Source: Lingula anatina
Taxonomy: Eukaryota > Animalia > Brachiopoda
Assembly: GCA_051362555.1 (NCBI GenBank)
Contig: CM120643.1
Location: forward strand, 496,001-560,000
Reading direction: 5' to 3'
DNA: 64,000 nucleotides
Made by a program: the position numbers and the translations under genes. This document shows positions 14,601 to 26,561 of the stretch, in pieces. Position 1 is the first letter of the stretch; each line of letters opens with the position of its first letter. Below the pieces are notes generated by a model. It saw nothing but the letters and a program-made list of their open reading frames with translations. It did no database searches and was not told the DNA's origin.

Positions 14601-17600
14601 GGAGTTACCATAATGTGCCATAAATTTCCTACAGAAAAAATTAATTAAAATAAAGAAAAGGTCATTTTGGTCAAAATTCTTGAAATGGGAGGTGCTCTGA
14701 AGTTCCAGATGTTCAAATTTGATGAAATAATGTCATTTTTGACCACAAGTTGTCTGCTTTGCCAAGCCTTATGTTTTATTTTTCCGGAGTTCAAAATTTA
14801 TTATCCATTACCGTACTGCACATTTTGCTTTCACCACCAATATGTACTTTTTGATACAGCGTAACTCGAAAACGGTATGGAATACAAAAAAACAGAGACC
14901 ACCTCCAGTGTTGGGCTTTACATGCTCTACAAAATGCAAAAAAGAATGGGTGTCTAGCATTAACGGTTCCCAAATTAGAGACAGTTTTAAGTTTCGATAT
15001 CTTATGGCCGCTACTCCTGTGAAAATGCACCGATTGACCCCAAATTCACGGAGATGAAAGATGACCCGAAGGGTAACACTTTCCATTAATATTATTAGTT
15101 AAGTTTGTGTGGTATCTGAATAAGGCCGCAAATAATTTTTTTTTCGGCAAAAATTTTGTTTTTTTGAAAATTTTGGCCTGTTTGACCTTGAAATAAAGGT
15201 CAAAGGTCAAATCCAAGGGCATATATGAAATCTACACATATGACTTTTGGAAAGCTGTCTGTAGAAATTTTTCCCATAATTCCTTCCGTAGGGGAGATAA
15301 TTAGCATTTAATTTTGCCATTTTTGGACAAGGGTGCATTGCAATGAGTGCCACACCTAGACCCCAATACCGACAAAGCCCAAATTTTACGTGGAATGAGT
15401 TGAGATAATAGGTGACCTAAATCCAAGAGATGGGTATGGAGGCCCTTACCGTCTAGGAGGAGAAGCGGTAACGGTGACTTGGCGGCGGAGCCGCAGGAGC
15501 CGGCGGAGCCGCAGGAGCCGGCGGAGCCGGCGGAACATACGGGTCGGGACTAAAACCATGTGTACCGCCAGCGCCTACGCTGGTGGTACAATAAGGATAT
15601 GAAATGAAGAGCTGTTGAAATAAGCTTTCTATTGATATGTAACATGTTGGTATATCTTGGCCGGTTTAGAAGATAGCTACCCCTGTTATCTACATCCTTA
15701 AAATAAGAATCATAACATTATCACGTATTTTTCCTGATGGAAAATATCATAATTTATGCACACTGATCGAATTATAAAGAAAATCTCCAGATGTAAACAA
15801 AGGTCAGTCAAGTATCACTCATCCCAGGCTGCAGGGCAGATATAGAGAATTGAATGAAGCGCCAGTGATCTGGCAACCCTACAAATTTGTCATAATGATT
15901 CATGGGCAAACAACAGAAGCATGATATTAACACCTTTTACAGTGTGAATGACGACACCTTATGAGGCTTTTGTTTCTTCCCCTGGGTTGGTATTACAAAG
16001 TAAGTATGTTGACGTAAGTGTGTTGACTTTTGCATGTTCAAAGGAACAATGGAAATGTCATTTCAAAACAAAGAGCCACATTTCCCTACTTAGGTGGCCA
16101 AAATATTGTCAATGAAACGCAAAAAAGACAAAATCACCAGCTGTTACTGACTGAGTCTAACTCAAATGCAAAAAGGTACGCACAGCGACAAAGCGCTATT
16201 GTAAACAATGACCCGACAATGAGATCAATAAGATGTATAAAATGACTATTTGTACTATAAAACTGTACCCCTGCCCCTACTTGTATATTATTACACACAC
16301 AAGGCCACCCTATACCAGAGTTACAGATTGATTTTTCATTACACAGTCTCTTGCACTGAAGAAAAATACTCATAATTAATTTGAGGCCCTAGTAGAGGTC
16401 TTTTCTCTCAAATCAAAATAAACTAGCAAACATGAAAATTGGCAAAATGTATTAGAATGTAAAGTGTTGCGAACCCTTTAAACAAGGTGAATGGTAATAT
16501 GCACGTTTAGACAAATTTTAATTTTAATTTCAATTAAATTTAATTTTAATTAAAATTGATATTACCAAAATTAGTAAATGTCGTTTGCGTCATGTATCAA
16601 TATTTTTGCGCATAATAGTACCTACGTTATAAACATTCAGCAAAGATATTTGGAAGGCCGCTCTTTTGTTGTTTATATCAAAGGAAAACTATTTGATACC
16701 CATCGTATCAATCATTATACCATGATAAGAGATTAGCATACTAATATATGTCCCCAGTAATAATAACTTTAACAATAACAACAAACCTTCCTACTGTGCT
16801 TTCCGTTGCAAAAACAATTAGCCACGACTGTTTTATATATTAATAGATATTTATAATAATGACAATTTCAAAATCTTCAAAAGTGCCGACAGGGACACGA
16901 ACTCCCGTCGGGTAGGTTGCAGACGACTCAACGACGTTAACTGTTGTTCCACCAATTCTATTGTTCACGCATACACATATCGACATCTCTGTATTGCCGC
17001 GCATGCCGAAGCTTTGCGGAAATTGCCGAAGGCTATGAAAATTCTTCAAAATATACTTTTATTACATCTCCCACTGCCCTGAGGTATGGCTAAAGGCTTT
17101 CAGTTGTCATCAGACTTTGTAATTTGGGAGAAAAAACGTGAAACAGTAACTTCTGGTGATGAATAATAGGTAATAGTGCTGCAAGGTGTTGTTTTTTATC
17201 CCTGATGTACGAGTAGCTTTTTCTACAGTTTCTATAATTCTCTTAACGTATGAAAATATGCAGGTTTTCTGATATAATAAGACTTTGATAAAATCAAAAC
17301 CAATAATACTTTTAAAGTCGAGAGTCGGGATAAATATCGGCAAGGTGGAGATATGTCCCGCCGGCGCTTCCGCAACAGCAAGACTGAAGGACGCAAGTTA
17401 CAAAGCAAAACATGTTTAGTCAAGTTAAAGACTTAATTACCGGTTTAACTTCGGCGGCAGTGCCTACTGCTGTGAGCAACATGCGCTGTCCATCGTAATC
17501 CCCCTATCATTAACACTGTCGGGGACGTGCGCATTAGCGCGTCTGATGTAGACAGCGTGTGCTATTAAAGTGACCGGGGACTTATTAGCTATAGTGTATT

Positions 17601-18699
17601 TTATTCTGTTTGAAGACAGTTAAAGATGGAGGATATATAAATAAAGACAATTTGAAAGACCGCCAGAAAATATCTCTGCATCCAACCCTGTTTTTTACTT
17701 GTAAATATACAAAGTTATGTCCATCTTGTAATGACAAATGCTAGACCATCTACCGGTATGAATAAGGACTTGACTGAGAAACTTTTAAAGTCTGTAAGAA
17801 TAAAGACATATATCTAACCTTTATATATACAATCTAATAAAATAAAAAGAGTTTGCTTTAAAACATAACGTTACATTTACCTGAAATATCTTCAAATCTG
17901 GTTGATACAAAGACTCTGCAGAAAACTGGCGTCTGTCATTTACAAATTTCACAGATTTTGCTCCAGCATCCTCGGCATTCTGGATTAATTCCTAAAAATT
18001 TGACAATATACAATGTCAGTTTTCTCTTTCTTATTATGACTATAATAATTCTCACAACTTTATATTTAAGTAGATAAGTGAATGACTAATTTAAAGAATT
18101 AAGGTAACAAAAACTCGGCATTCTGGACTAATTCCTAAAAGATTGACAATTAATATACAATATCAGTTTTCTCTTTCTTGTTATAATTATAATAATTCTC
18201 ATGACTTCATATTGATGTAGACGCATAAACAATTAAAATAAAGAATCAAATTAACAAAAATTGTACAAAAGCTTAACCTTCAGAATCTGCCCATCATCTG
18301 GATATTGGTCTAATACTGCTCTCAGCTGCTCAATCAAAGTTGGCGTCCGAATCCCAAAACCACCTAAAATATAAATAATGGTAATTATTTTATTCTACAA
18401 ATGCCAAAAAGTCTTCAAACAAAACTTCCCAAAGAGACTTCTTCAATAATTTGTACTAGCAGATTATCTCATCAGCATGATGTAGACAATTTTTTAAATA
18501 AAATAAGGGACAGTAACATATACCTTCAAATTAAGGTGTATGGATATTCTAATGTTTATTTGCATAGTTTGTTTGTTTGAAACATTAAAATTACATCATT
18601 TGAAAAGATGCCAAATATCTGAGATAAACAAGGAGTGGCGTCAGAAGTTCCAATCATTATTATCTTACTTTTATCATGTATGCACTTACGATCAGCCAT
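3230..18699 (-). CDS. SACS: Sacsin-like gene, copy A (5' part; continues beyond left window edge): join(18690-18699, 18278-18363, 17881-17991, 9219-9366, 3230-4900)
   Basis: Same exon sizes, phases and splice sites as copy B, except exon 5 is 6 nt longer; frame is open throughout. Confidence 0.9.
5600..7195 (+). mobile_element. Degenerate Helentron/HINE-like repeat (AGGTCAAAGGTCA 146-bp family); counterpart at about 50930-52510
   Basis: Shares blocks with 14170-15593 and 60150-64000 (gacttcctattcaagttcaa, gatgaaagatgaccc). Boundaries are approximate. Confidence 0.6.
6081..6397. mobile_element. MITE with approx. 40-bp imperfect TIRs (GAG...CTC); counterpart at 51396-51712
   Basis: Left gagcaagcgagttaacttccaaagctg..aattctcgg versus reverse complement of the right end gagcgagctagttacttccaaagctg..aattctcgg; no clear TSD. 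Confidence 0.65.
7817..8025. mobile_element. Degenerate PIF/Harbinger (Tourist-like) MITE; counterpart near 53133-53341
   Basis: TTA on both flanks; gagcgcattccca ... tgggaatggggtc, plus inner inverted ctagattgctgtcag / ctgacaataatctag. Confidence 0.55.
9219..9366 (-). CDS. SACS: Sacsin-like copy A exon 4
   Basis: 148 nt, [12 protein letters not shown]...[18 protein letters not shown] bounded. Confidence 0.92.
12050..13100. repeat. Diverged approx. 500-bp direct duplication within the insertion
   Basis: acgaccattaatgaRgttct..gctacactc, gttggtaagagtagc and taattaacgcag..aggaata each occur twice in the same order. Confidence 0.75.
13114..15697. mobile_element. Kolobok-like non-autonomous TIR element (nested)
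   Basis: Perfect 15-bp TIR GGATGTAGATAACAG ... CTGTTATCTACATCC flanked by (c)TTA / TTAA; RR..YY termini with a TTAA target are typical of Kolobok. Confidence 0.65.
14170..15593 (+). mobile_element. Helentron-associated (HINE-like) element: 146-bp tandem repeats, GCGGAGCC microsatellite, 3' hairpin
   Basis: taggtc at 14181, 14327 and 14473 (146-bp period); microsatellite 15481-15535; hairpin tgtaccgccagcg-ccta-cgctggtggtaca at 15561-15590. Confidence 0.7.
17881..17991 (-). CDS. SACS: Sacsin-like copy A exon 3
   Basis: 111 nt, [37 protein letters not shown]. Confidence 0.9.
18278..18363 (-). CDS. SACS: Sacsin-like copy A exon 2
   Basis: 86 nt, [28 protein letters not shown]. Confidence 0.9.
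18690..18699 (-). CDS. SACS: Sacsin-like copy A coding exon 1 (ATG GCT GAT C); exon probably extends as 5'UTR to an acceptor at about 18788
   Basis: aaaaATGG context, gtaagt donor; the upstream ttattacag acceptor is conserved in copy B (57574). Confidence 0.75.
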
Positions 18700-18839
18700 T
18701 TTTGTTTGAAGCAGCAGAAGTTAATTATTTTTGTTTATCTTAGGACATCACATTCGCTCGCTGCACATGGGACTCAGGTTGACCCAATCTGTAATAACAG
18801 AAATTATTTAAATGAACATTTTATCTTACTAGAGAATCA

Positions 18840-19722
18840 GAGAGGCGATACTGCGTCGAAGTATTGTGCCACCAGCTGTAGCAAGCACATTCGTAGGAAA
18901 ACAGAAAACACCACCTCTAGTGTTGTACAAAGCGCAGTTAACAAGATTTCTCGATTTTTTTTAGTTGAAACTACAATTTATAACAAAATCTTGAGGGAAA
19001 GTAAAAGATCAAATCCGAATTTGTGAGGTGCAGTTCAGGAGGTCAAATGTTAAATTTAAGGTCACAGTAAGACTGACAATGTAGGGTGGTATGAGCTCCC
19101 ATTCAAGTTCAGTGGAATCATTGGGCATATCTGTGCTAGTTTTGGAGATATAAAAGAAGGAAAAGTCAAGGTAAAAAAGTCCAAAAGTCAATTTCAAGGT
19201 CACATGTACGTTAATTGCCAATATATGATGTCATATTCAAGTTTATTAGTAACTGAGGGCATATCTCTGCCAGCTTTGAAAACATAAGAGATAAAAAAAA
19301 GTTGTCCAATTCAGTTCATGGTGACAAGAAGGTCAAAGGTCAATTTGAAGATTACAATAAGATTGCCAGTTTATGTCTTCTTATTCAGGATGTATATTAA
19401 ATATGGGTGTATCTCTGCCAGTTTGGGAGATATAACGGACAGAAATCTTACAAAAGTCAGTTCATGTTCAAAAGTAGGTCAAAGGACAATTCCAAGGTCA
19501 CAGATAGATTGCCAGTACTGGTATATGACTTTCTTTTCAACTTCAATAGTAATTACGACCCTATCTTTTCCAGTTTGGGAGATATAAGGGACTAAAATGT
19601 TGCATAGTTCAGTTCATGATGAAAAATGTAAGTCAAAGGTCAATTTCAAGGTAACAGTGAAATTACCAGTATATTATGACTTCCTGTTAAACTTCAATAG
19701 TTAATATGGGCCTATCTCTGCT
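18840..19722 (+). mobile_element. Degenerate 146-bp-family repeat upstream of the copy A start exon; counterpart at about 57630-59300
   Basis: Several diverged aggtcaaaggtcaatttcaagg units. Confidence 0.65.
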
Positions 19723-21917
19723 ACCCTAGGTTCTAGATTCCGGTATTGCCAGCTCGATCTTGATTTCATATATAACCCATAGTAGCAATACCAGGCTCTA
19801 GCGAACAGTGGCAACTCGGGGGCCTTCTTCTTCAAAATTCTGCCTGGGGCGCTTCCATATTTGGGAGTCACATGTCACAGCTGTGTCCGCCTGGATCCAT
19901 ATTTGGAAGTCATGTCTTGTACGTCACAGGTTTGGCCGCCTGGAGCTGCCTTTCCTGCCTTGCGCTGAAGTCTCGTGCAGGCGAGACAAGTCGCAATTAA
20001 AGTGCCTGACGCGGAGTTAAAAGTTTGAATTGAAAATATCTTGCAGTCGAAGGTCAGTGCCACAACACAAGCAACATTCTGCTGTAAAAACTTATTTTGG
20101 TGTAGCCATTGCGCAGCCCTTATAATAGGTTACAAACCACTATTAAAAATCCCATTCACTTCCATTGTAACGTTTAATTCTCTTAAAAATATTTCCCATG
20201 CATCAACAAACACAACACTTCAGGTTTAAATACTTCTACTCAAGGCCTAAACAATATTAAAAAATCAGGGTACATTAGTGGCATAGCTTGCCAGTGACAT
20301 GACATGACCCGTAAGGTGCTGCCGCCAGTCAGCCAAAATAAGCACTAAAATGCAGCAGAGGGGAGGGCATGTAAAACTGGCCCCAGGCGGTTAAATTTCA
20401 CTCTAATATGAAAAATAACACATCAAATTAAAGGTAAATGAACAAATTTATTTCTGAAATTTATTTCAAAATTTTCAAATGATCCAAAATTGAAAAATAA
20501 ACTCATTTTTCTCTTATAAGCAAATCTTCTTGATTCAAACTTGCTAAACAAGGAAGGCCGGAAGTGCCGTATAACCTTACAGTGGTATCAGGCATACAGT
20601 GTAGCTGTCAAATTTGGCACACGGCAAGCACATGTATTGTGCACGTGTATATCTCAGGACTAAATGTTCTTTGATAAGCAAAATATACAAAAACATTGGA
20701 TATATCTTTTCTTTCCCAAGAAGTTTATTTATTTTTTCACTTTACATCTTAAATACAGCAAACGAAATTAAATAAAGCAGAATTAAATTTGTTTTACATT
20801 TTATTTTGGTCTGATGACATTCAACTGCAGATTCAATGCGGAGCAGTTCTACCGGTATTTTCTACCGGTAGATTGACGGAAACCTAACATGGCCACTGGT
20901 CTTCAGTGCTAGTAAAAGCGACTCCACCACAAGGTATATTTAGCAAGCTAGCTTTTACGTTGCCATGACACTCAGGGTATACAGAAATACATGTATGAGA
21001 ACAAATAAGAATGTGAGATTGGTAAAATAAATAAAATGAAAGAAAATGCGACCACTGAAAAAATGCGCTCATTCAGTATGAACACTTATGAAGTCGAAAA
21101 TATTGATAAATTGAATACTTGATATTTACTACTGATCAAAAACATCGGTTCAAAACCACTCCGCTTGCATTCACCGATGACCGCGTAACATGTAGCAATC
21201 ATATGACACACTGTAGTGTTCACAAATATAATTCCCAGACATGTAAATTAATTTGATTAGAGTCGATTGCTTGTGCACTCGACTCGTTTTATGGCCTTAC
21301 CTGAAGTCATGTAACTTAAGTGGACGTGTGCAATTTGAATAATTAAAATTAGTATGTACCGCCAAATTACTGCAGCACAGAATCCACCTAAAGATAAGAA
21401 ATGGGTATAAAAGACGTCTAGAATTAATATTGGGGGCAGACTGAAGAAGACTCGAAGGAGGCCGCTCGACGGAGCCATAGGAGACGGCCATGAGCTGGGA
21501 GATTTCACGTAGATGATGTAGTTAGACAGAGTCAACCAATAAACCATTAAACTGGTCATTATGTGGACTTGGGTTTTCTTTGCGCGACCTTACGTAAATC
21601 TGACACGAACTGTGGAATCTTTGGATCGCGTTATCCACTGAGTAAGTCTAAAACGTAATGTCCTATTTCGAGCCCACGCTTGAATTAAGCGTTCAAAATT
21701 ATATAAGTTAAGGACATACGTCATATGTATATGTAAAAGGTTCATAACAACACGTGTTGGGAGGGGGGGTCCGTCCAAAGCCGCACCACCAAAACTGAGA
21801 CAAGAAGACCAACTACGTACCATTCTGACGAAAATAGAGCCAGCAAAGAGAAACAACAACAAAGATCGATTAAAAAGGGCAACCCAATATTTTCCCTTCC
21901 CAGACAGTATAGTACGT

Positions 21918-23628
21918 CCCGCACGAAAATGCAGTAGATACTCCAGCCAGGGAATTATATCCGATATAATTCCCTGCTCCAGCGCAGTAGACTACTGCAA
22001 TCACAGGGCTAGACAATAACTTTTATGAGCACCTGTCCTTCGGACAGGTGCTCATAAATTTGACCTGTCCGATTTTCAATCCAACCTGTCCACAAAACCA
22101 ATAATTTTTTTCTATTCATACATTTGAACTTTGTCAATTTATATGTGTGGTCATACATTTAAATTAATGTATATATTACCAAAACATTCAATCATATGAG
22201 CCCCGAAAATGCAACTTAAAGTGAATCTATGTTCAGATTAAAATTTGTTTTTTCATACTTGTGAACTCCTGAAGATTTAATCTTGCATTTAAGTCTGATA
22301 ATTCACATCAGGGCTTCTCCTAGGATTTGGGGTACAGGGTCTACTAATTGTAAGTCTGCAATTTGATAACAGATTCACATGAAGTTTAACCAAAGCTAAA
22401 AAAAAAACCCTGAGTGGGAAGTGGGGAGGGGGTACAGTACTGTTAAATTAATTTTATTAAAATATTCAAAATTTATAATATTTGAATAAATTTCAATGAA
22501 AATTAAAGAAATTTTATAATACTTTACTTATATTTATGTTAACAATTTAACTTTTTAAGGTGTTATCACGTGTTTGATTTTTTAAACATATATGAACTAA
22601 ATAAAATCAGTATAAAAAAGTTCCCCTTCTTTTTATTAAAATTCTCATATTTGTTATTACTAATTTCTTCCTTACATCAATATCACACTGGTATATGAGA
22701 GCAATGTTAATTTATCATATTCCAGCACTAAATTTTAAACTGTAAATAACAGAGGTGATGCTAGAGTCATTAAAAAAAAAAACATCATACAAAATTTCAG
22801 GTTATATTTTGGCAAATAAACAACATTTCAACAAGATCTTCAGTCCCAAAGATTTCACTTTCTATAGTGAGCAGATAGCATACAACTTGTTTGATTGACA
22901 GGCAGTTTGTTGCCTTGACAACGAACTAGATATAGCCAGTTCATCCAGTCCAATCTGGCTCCAGCACAGTACTTGTGTAGATTCTGTGTATGGAAGTGTC
23001 TTTATTACTAAACCACGTAAATTTTAAACTAAATAAATGTTCAGTAGTGAACCTGATATGTGAATAAATTTTGTCTGCTGAAGTTCTGGAGGGTGTTCAC
23101 TTTCATAATTTGGCGGTAAGTTTGCTCAGACTTCGTTTTGCGACTGCATGTGTTTTGTGCCAAAAGTAGGTCACTCTTTTTCAATGTCGTCTAGGAAGAG
23201 GCAAAAAGACGTTAGTATGCAACAAAAAATGATTTTTAAAAGATTTTTGCTCCAAATTTCTCATAAAGCATGACCTGTCCGTCGGACAGCCAACCCTGCA
23301 ACTTCACCTGTCCGAACTGAATTTTTACCTGTCCCGGACAGGCGGACAGGCGATAATGTTGAGCCCTGAATCATACTGCAAATATGCTTCAAATCTGCTT
23401 TGATTTGGGAGCTAATTAGCATATTTGAAACATGCTTCTATCATGCTACTAAACTACTGCATTAATGCTCCTCTCTGTACAAACCTATGAACTTTTTGGA
23501 GTAGAATTGCAGTAGGCTATACAGTGTACTGCATTTCTACTGCAAATATGCTTCACACCACTACTGCGTTATGGCTTCTTTGCTACATGTACTTCGTTAC
23601 TACGTAGGGCCTACTGCATTTTCGTGCA
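21918..23628. mobile_element. CCYGCACGAAAA-TIR MITE interrupted by two nested insertions
   Basis: cccgcacgaaaatgcagtag ... ctactgcattttcgtgca; an uninterrupted relative lies at 57953-58239. Confidence 0.8.
22004..23368. mobile_element. 1.37-kb non-autonomous TIR element with 5-bp TSD (hAT5-like)
   Basis: AATCA|CAGGGCT ... AGCCCTG|AATCA; subterminal ACCTGTCC/GGACAGG repeats; perfect 17-bp-arm palindrome at 22022-22058. Confidence 0.75.
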
Positions 23629-23692
23629 TTTTATCATCCGTCACAAATAAAGTTGACAGCAAAGCAAAAGTTGTCTTATTTTCTCAATCTTT

Positions 23693-23830
23693 ACGTACCT
23701 TGCAATCTCTCCTCTGTCACCGTCGAGCTCAAAGTGAAAATACAAAGAAACACAATTTTAGGAATCTTAATTATCTTGCATCACGTGACCGATACCGAAA
23801 CCAGGAAATATTAGGGAGAAACCGAAATAA
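23693..23830 (-). promoter_or_regulatory. Candidate promoter and non-coding first exon of sacsin copy A
   Basis: Minus-strand donor CAAG|gtacgt at 23699/23698, Inr-like TCACTTT near 23735, E-box TCACGTGAC at 23781-23789, ISRE-like GAAACCGAAA at 23818-23827. Confidence 0.45.
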
Positions 23831-25062
23831 AAATATATTAAAGCGATACCAGCTCAAGTGGTAGAAAACGACAATTAACAGTTTGTCGAGCGTAACATTA
23901 AAATCATGGATTTTGAGCATATTAATGTATATTTTTCATACTCAACCCATTGCTGGTTGGGTCAGGCGAAAAAGGGGGGGGGGGCTGGAGACAGAAAAAT
24001 GCCCGCGTTTTGTTACCCTCTATACACTATATCTGCTGCCGAGACTTGGGATTTCGTAGTAAAACCAGCAGTTTATTAACAATGACTTCCCACCTTCAGG
24101 GTCACTCCACTGGTGATAAGGAAACAGAGACCCGAGCTCTTGTGTCTTGGCCCCACCTGTCCTGCCCGGGGACTGATCTCAGTTTTACTACCCTTGATAT
24201 ACTTGTACCCTCTTAGTCTATCAGGGACCCATGTTGATTTTTCACTAGAAAAAGATAATTTGTTTCTGGTGAAATAGATTGCTAATCTTGTTAATGGAAT
24301 AAGTCAAACACGTGGATATAACTGAACCGGAAGTGCTCTGGGAGCGTTTATTATATAACAAGTATCAATAAGAGGGAGCATCCCTTAACAAATCTCTGCA
24401 CTGTGAGCCTGTGCTGAAATCTCAAAGGATGATTATACGGCTTGTAATTGTTTTCAGAACTACTCGGGCACTGTCACTTAGCAAGTCCCTACCAATTCCC
24501 CTTGAAAAGGCTCCTTTTCAGCGCATATTCAATACTGCATACACGAATACATGTATGAGATCAAATAAGAACGTGGGATTGGTAAAAAAATAATAAAATG
24601 CGACTACTTAAAATAACGCGTCATTAACTATGAACATTTTTATGAAGTCGGAAAAAAATTGATTAATTAAATACTTGATAATAACCACTGACCAAAAACA
24701 TCTGTTCAAAAACACCCCGCCTGCGGTCGCCGAGGATCGGGTAACATGTCCGTCCAAAGCCGCACAACCAAAACTGAGACAAGAAAACCAACTTCAGGCC
24801 ATTTTGTCGAAAGTACGTACGATGCCTGATACTTTCGGAACTGATATTTTCACATTCACGTCATTATTCTCTAACATCAATATTTATAGATCTACGTGAA
24901 CTGCTTTGTCAGCATTTCAGCAGCAAAGAGAAACAACGACAAAAAAGCCTCGACAAAAAATCCAACCAGATATTTTCACATCCCAGACAGTAATTTTTAT
25001 CATCCGTCACCAAATAAAGTTAACAGCATAGCAAAAGTTGTCTTTTTTCTTTCTCTTTCATA

Positions 25063-25320
25063 ACGTACCTTGCAATCTCTCCTCTGTCACCGTCGAGCTC
25101 AAAGTGAAAATACGACGCAACGCACATTTAACCGTTAATATATTATAGCAGATAGACAGAATAAAAAGCAATGTCCTAAGTACGTGTGCATGTACGTTTC
25201 CTTAAAAAGTTGAAATTTACCTGTAAAATAACTGGAAATTTGTGCGCTGATGAACAGTCACGTCTTCTCCTCCCTTTAACCAAATAACTACACGTCAAGC
25301 GCATTGTCACGTGATTACGA
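25063..25320 (-). promoter_or_regulatory. Second copy of the candidate first exon/promoter
   Basis: 51 nt identical to 23693-23743; additional donor-like CAG|gtaaat at 25221/25220 and GTCACGTGA near 25306. Confidence 0.35.
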
Positions 25321-26184
25321 TGCGCATATTTGTATAGCTTAATTATGATAATGATTCAGTTTTAAAGATCTTTATTTTATTCTTTATCAACACCCACAGC
25401 TAATGAGACTGGATGAATAAGTGAAAAGTTATTTATTTCTGCCTTGAAATTAAAAAAAATTGCTGCTGTCATTCTTGTTTTTAAGGGTACTAATTAAGTT
25501 TATGAAAAGTGTTCTTATCTAGAGTCTTGAAAGCTTTAAATAAGGTCTGTTTATCAGCCGTTTATCATGTTATGGGGGGGTTGTCACTAACTACGGATAA
25601 ACACTAGAAAATAAATGATCCGTCTTAAAATATTTGTAGTTCGAAGTAAGTACATCAAGAGCTAAGACGAAAGATAATTAATTTTTTGCCTCGATGGGTT
25701 CTAACAGGGTAGTATATTGGATACGCAGGGCTATAATAATATTGATGTATATAATGTTCATATTATTAACTATCTAATAATAATTAAATATGTTACCAAA
25801 ATGGTTAAAACAATACGATTATTGTAGTAATTTTCAATGCTCAACTGTCAAACCTGCATAAGTCTTGATCCCGCCTGTCCTGCCCGGTGACTGATCTCTG
25901 TGAACGGCGTCTGCCTTAGTACCCTTGATATATACCTGTAGGTATGCCTGGGGGCCTTTTGTTTCTTTTGAGACAAATCCTTGAGCGTTCATTGGTTGCT
26001 GGTGAGATCAATGCCGCGTTGGGTGGGTGGGGGGGGGGGTGGGGGTCTGCAGAATGCATACCGGGCGACATTGGATAATTTCAAGCGATATTAGCATACA
26101 AAAATATTACATTAAAATTAATTGAAAAATCTAACTGTTAATATATTACATACAAAGATGCCGTGTGTGTTGAACCCCGCCCCA

Positions 26185-26309
26185 CAGACACACAACCACA
26201 CACCCACACAGACACACACACACACAGACACCCCCCCACACACACACACACACGCATACACACACACAGACACACACACACAGACACTCCCCCCCCCCAC
26301 AGACACACG

Positions 26310-26346
<37 letters not shown>

Positions 26347-26524
26347 TCCCCACACACACACATACACACACACTCACACACATACATACATACACACACA
26401 CACGCATACACACACACAGACACACACACACACACACACACGCACACAGACGCCCCCCCCCCACACACACACAGCATACTCACACAGAGACACCCCCTTA
26501 CAGACACACACCACACACACACGC

Positions 26525-26555
<31 letters not shown>

Positions 26556-26561
26556 ACACAC
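26185..26561. repeat. Imperfect (CA)n microsatellite
   Basis: Directly visible CA/CAGA/poly-C mosaic. Confidence 0.97.

Larger units (their letters stand above)
10900..17596. mobile_element. 6.7-kb composite non-autonomous insertion with TA TSD, specific to copy A intron 3
   Basis: Empty site in copy B (gggtatcTAttttactctg, about 56227-56245). Copy A reads TA|ccgtatagctaa ... ttagctatagtg|TA. Confidence 0.8.
1..19700. repeat. Large direct (tandem) duplication, homologous to about 45287-58740
   Basis: Position 1 corresponds to 45287 (offset 45,286); ORF track duplicated; homology continues after a copy-A-specific 6.7-kb insertion. Confidence 0.95.

Noticed and set aside
14667-15086. Recurrent small ORFs (also 58372-58897 and 62885-63965)
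   Set aside because: Chance translations of the 146-bp repeat family and its flanks; no Rep/helicase or transposase motifs.
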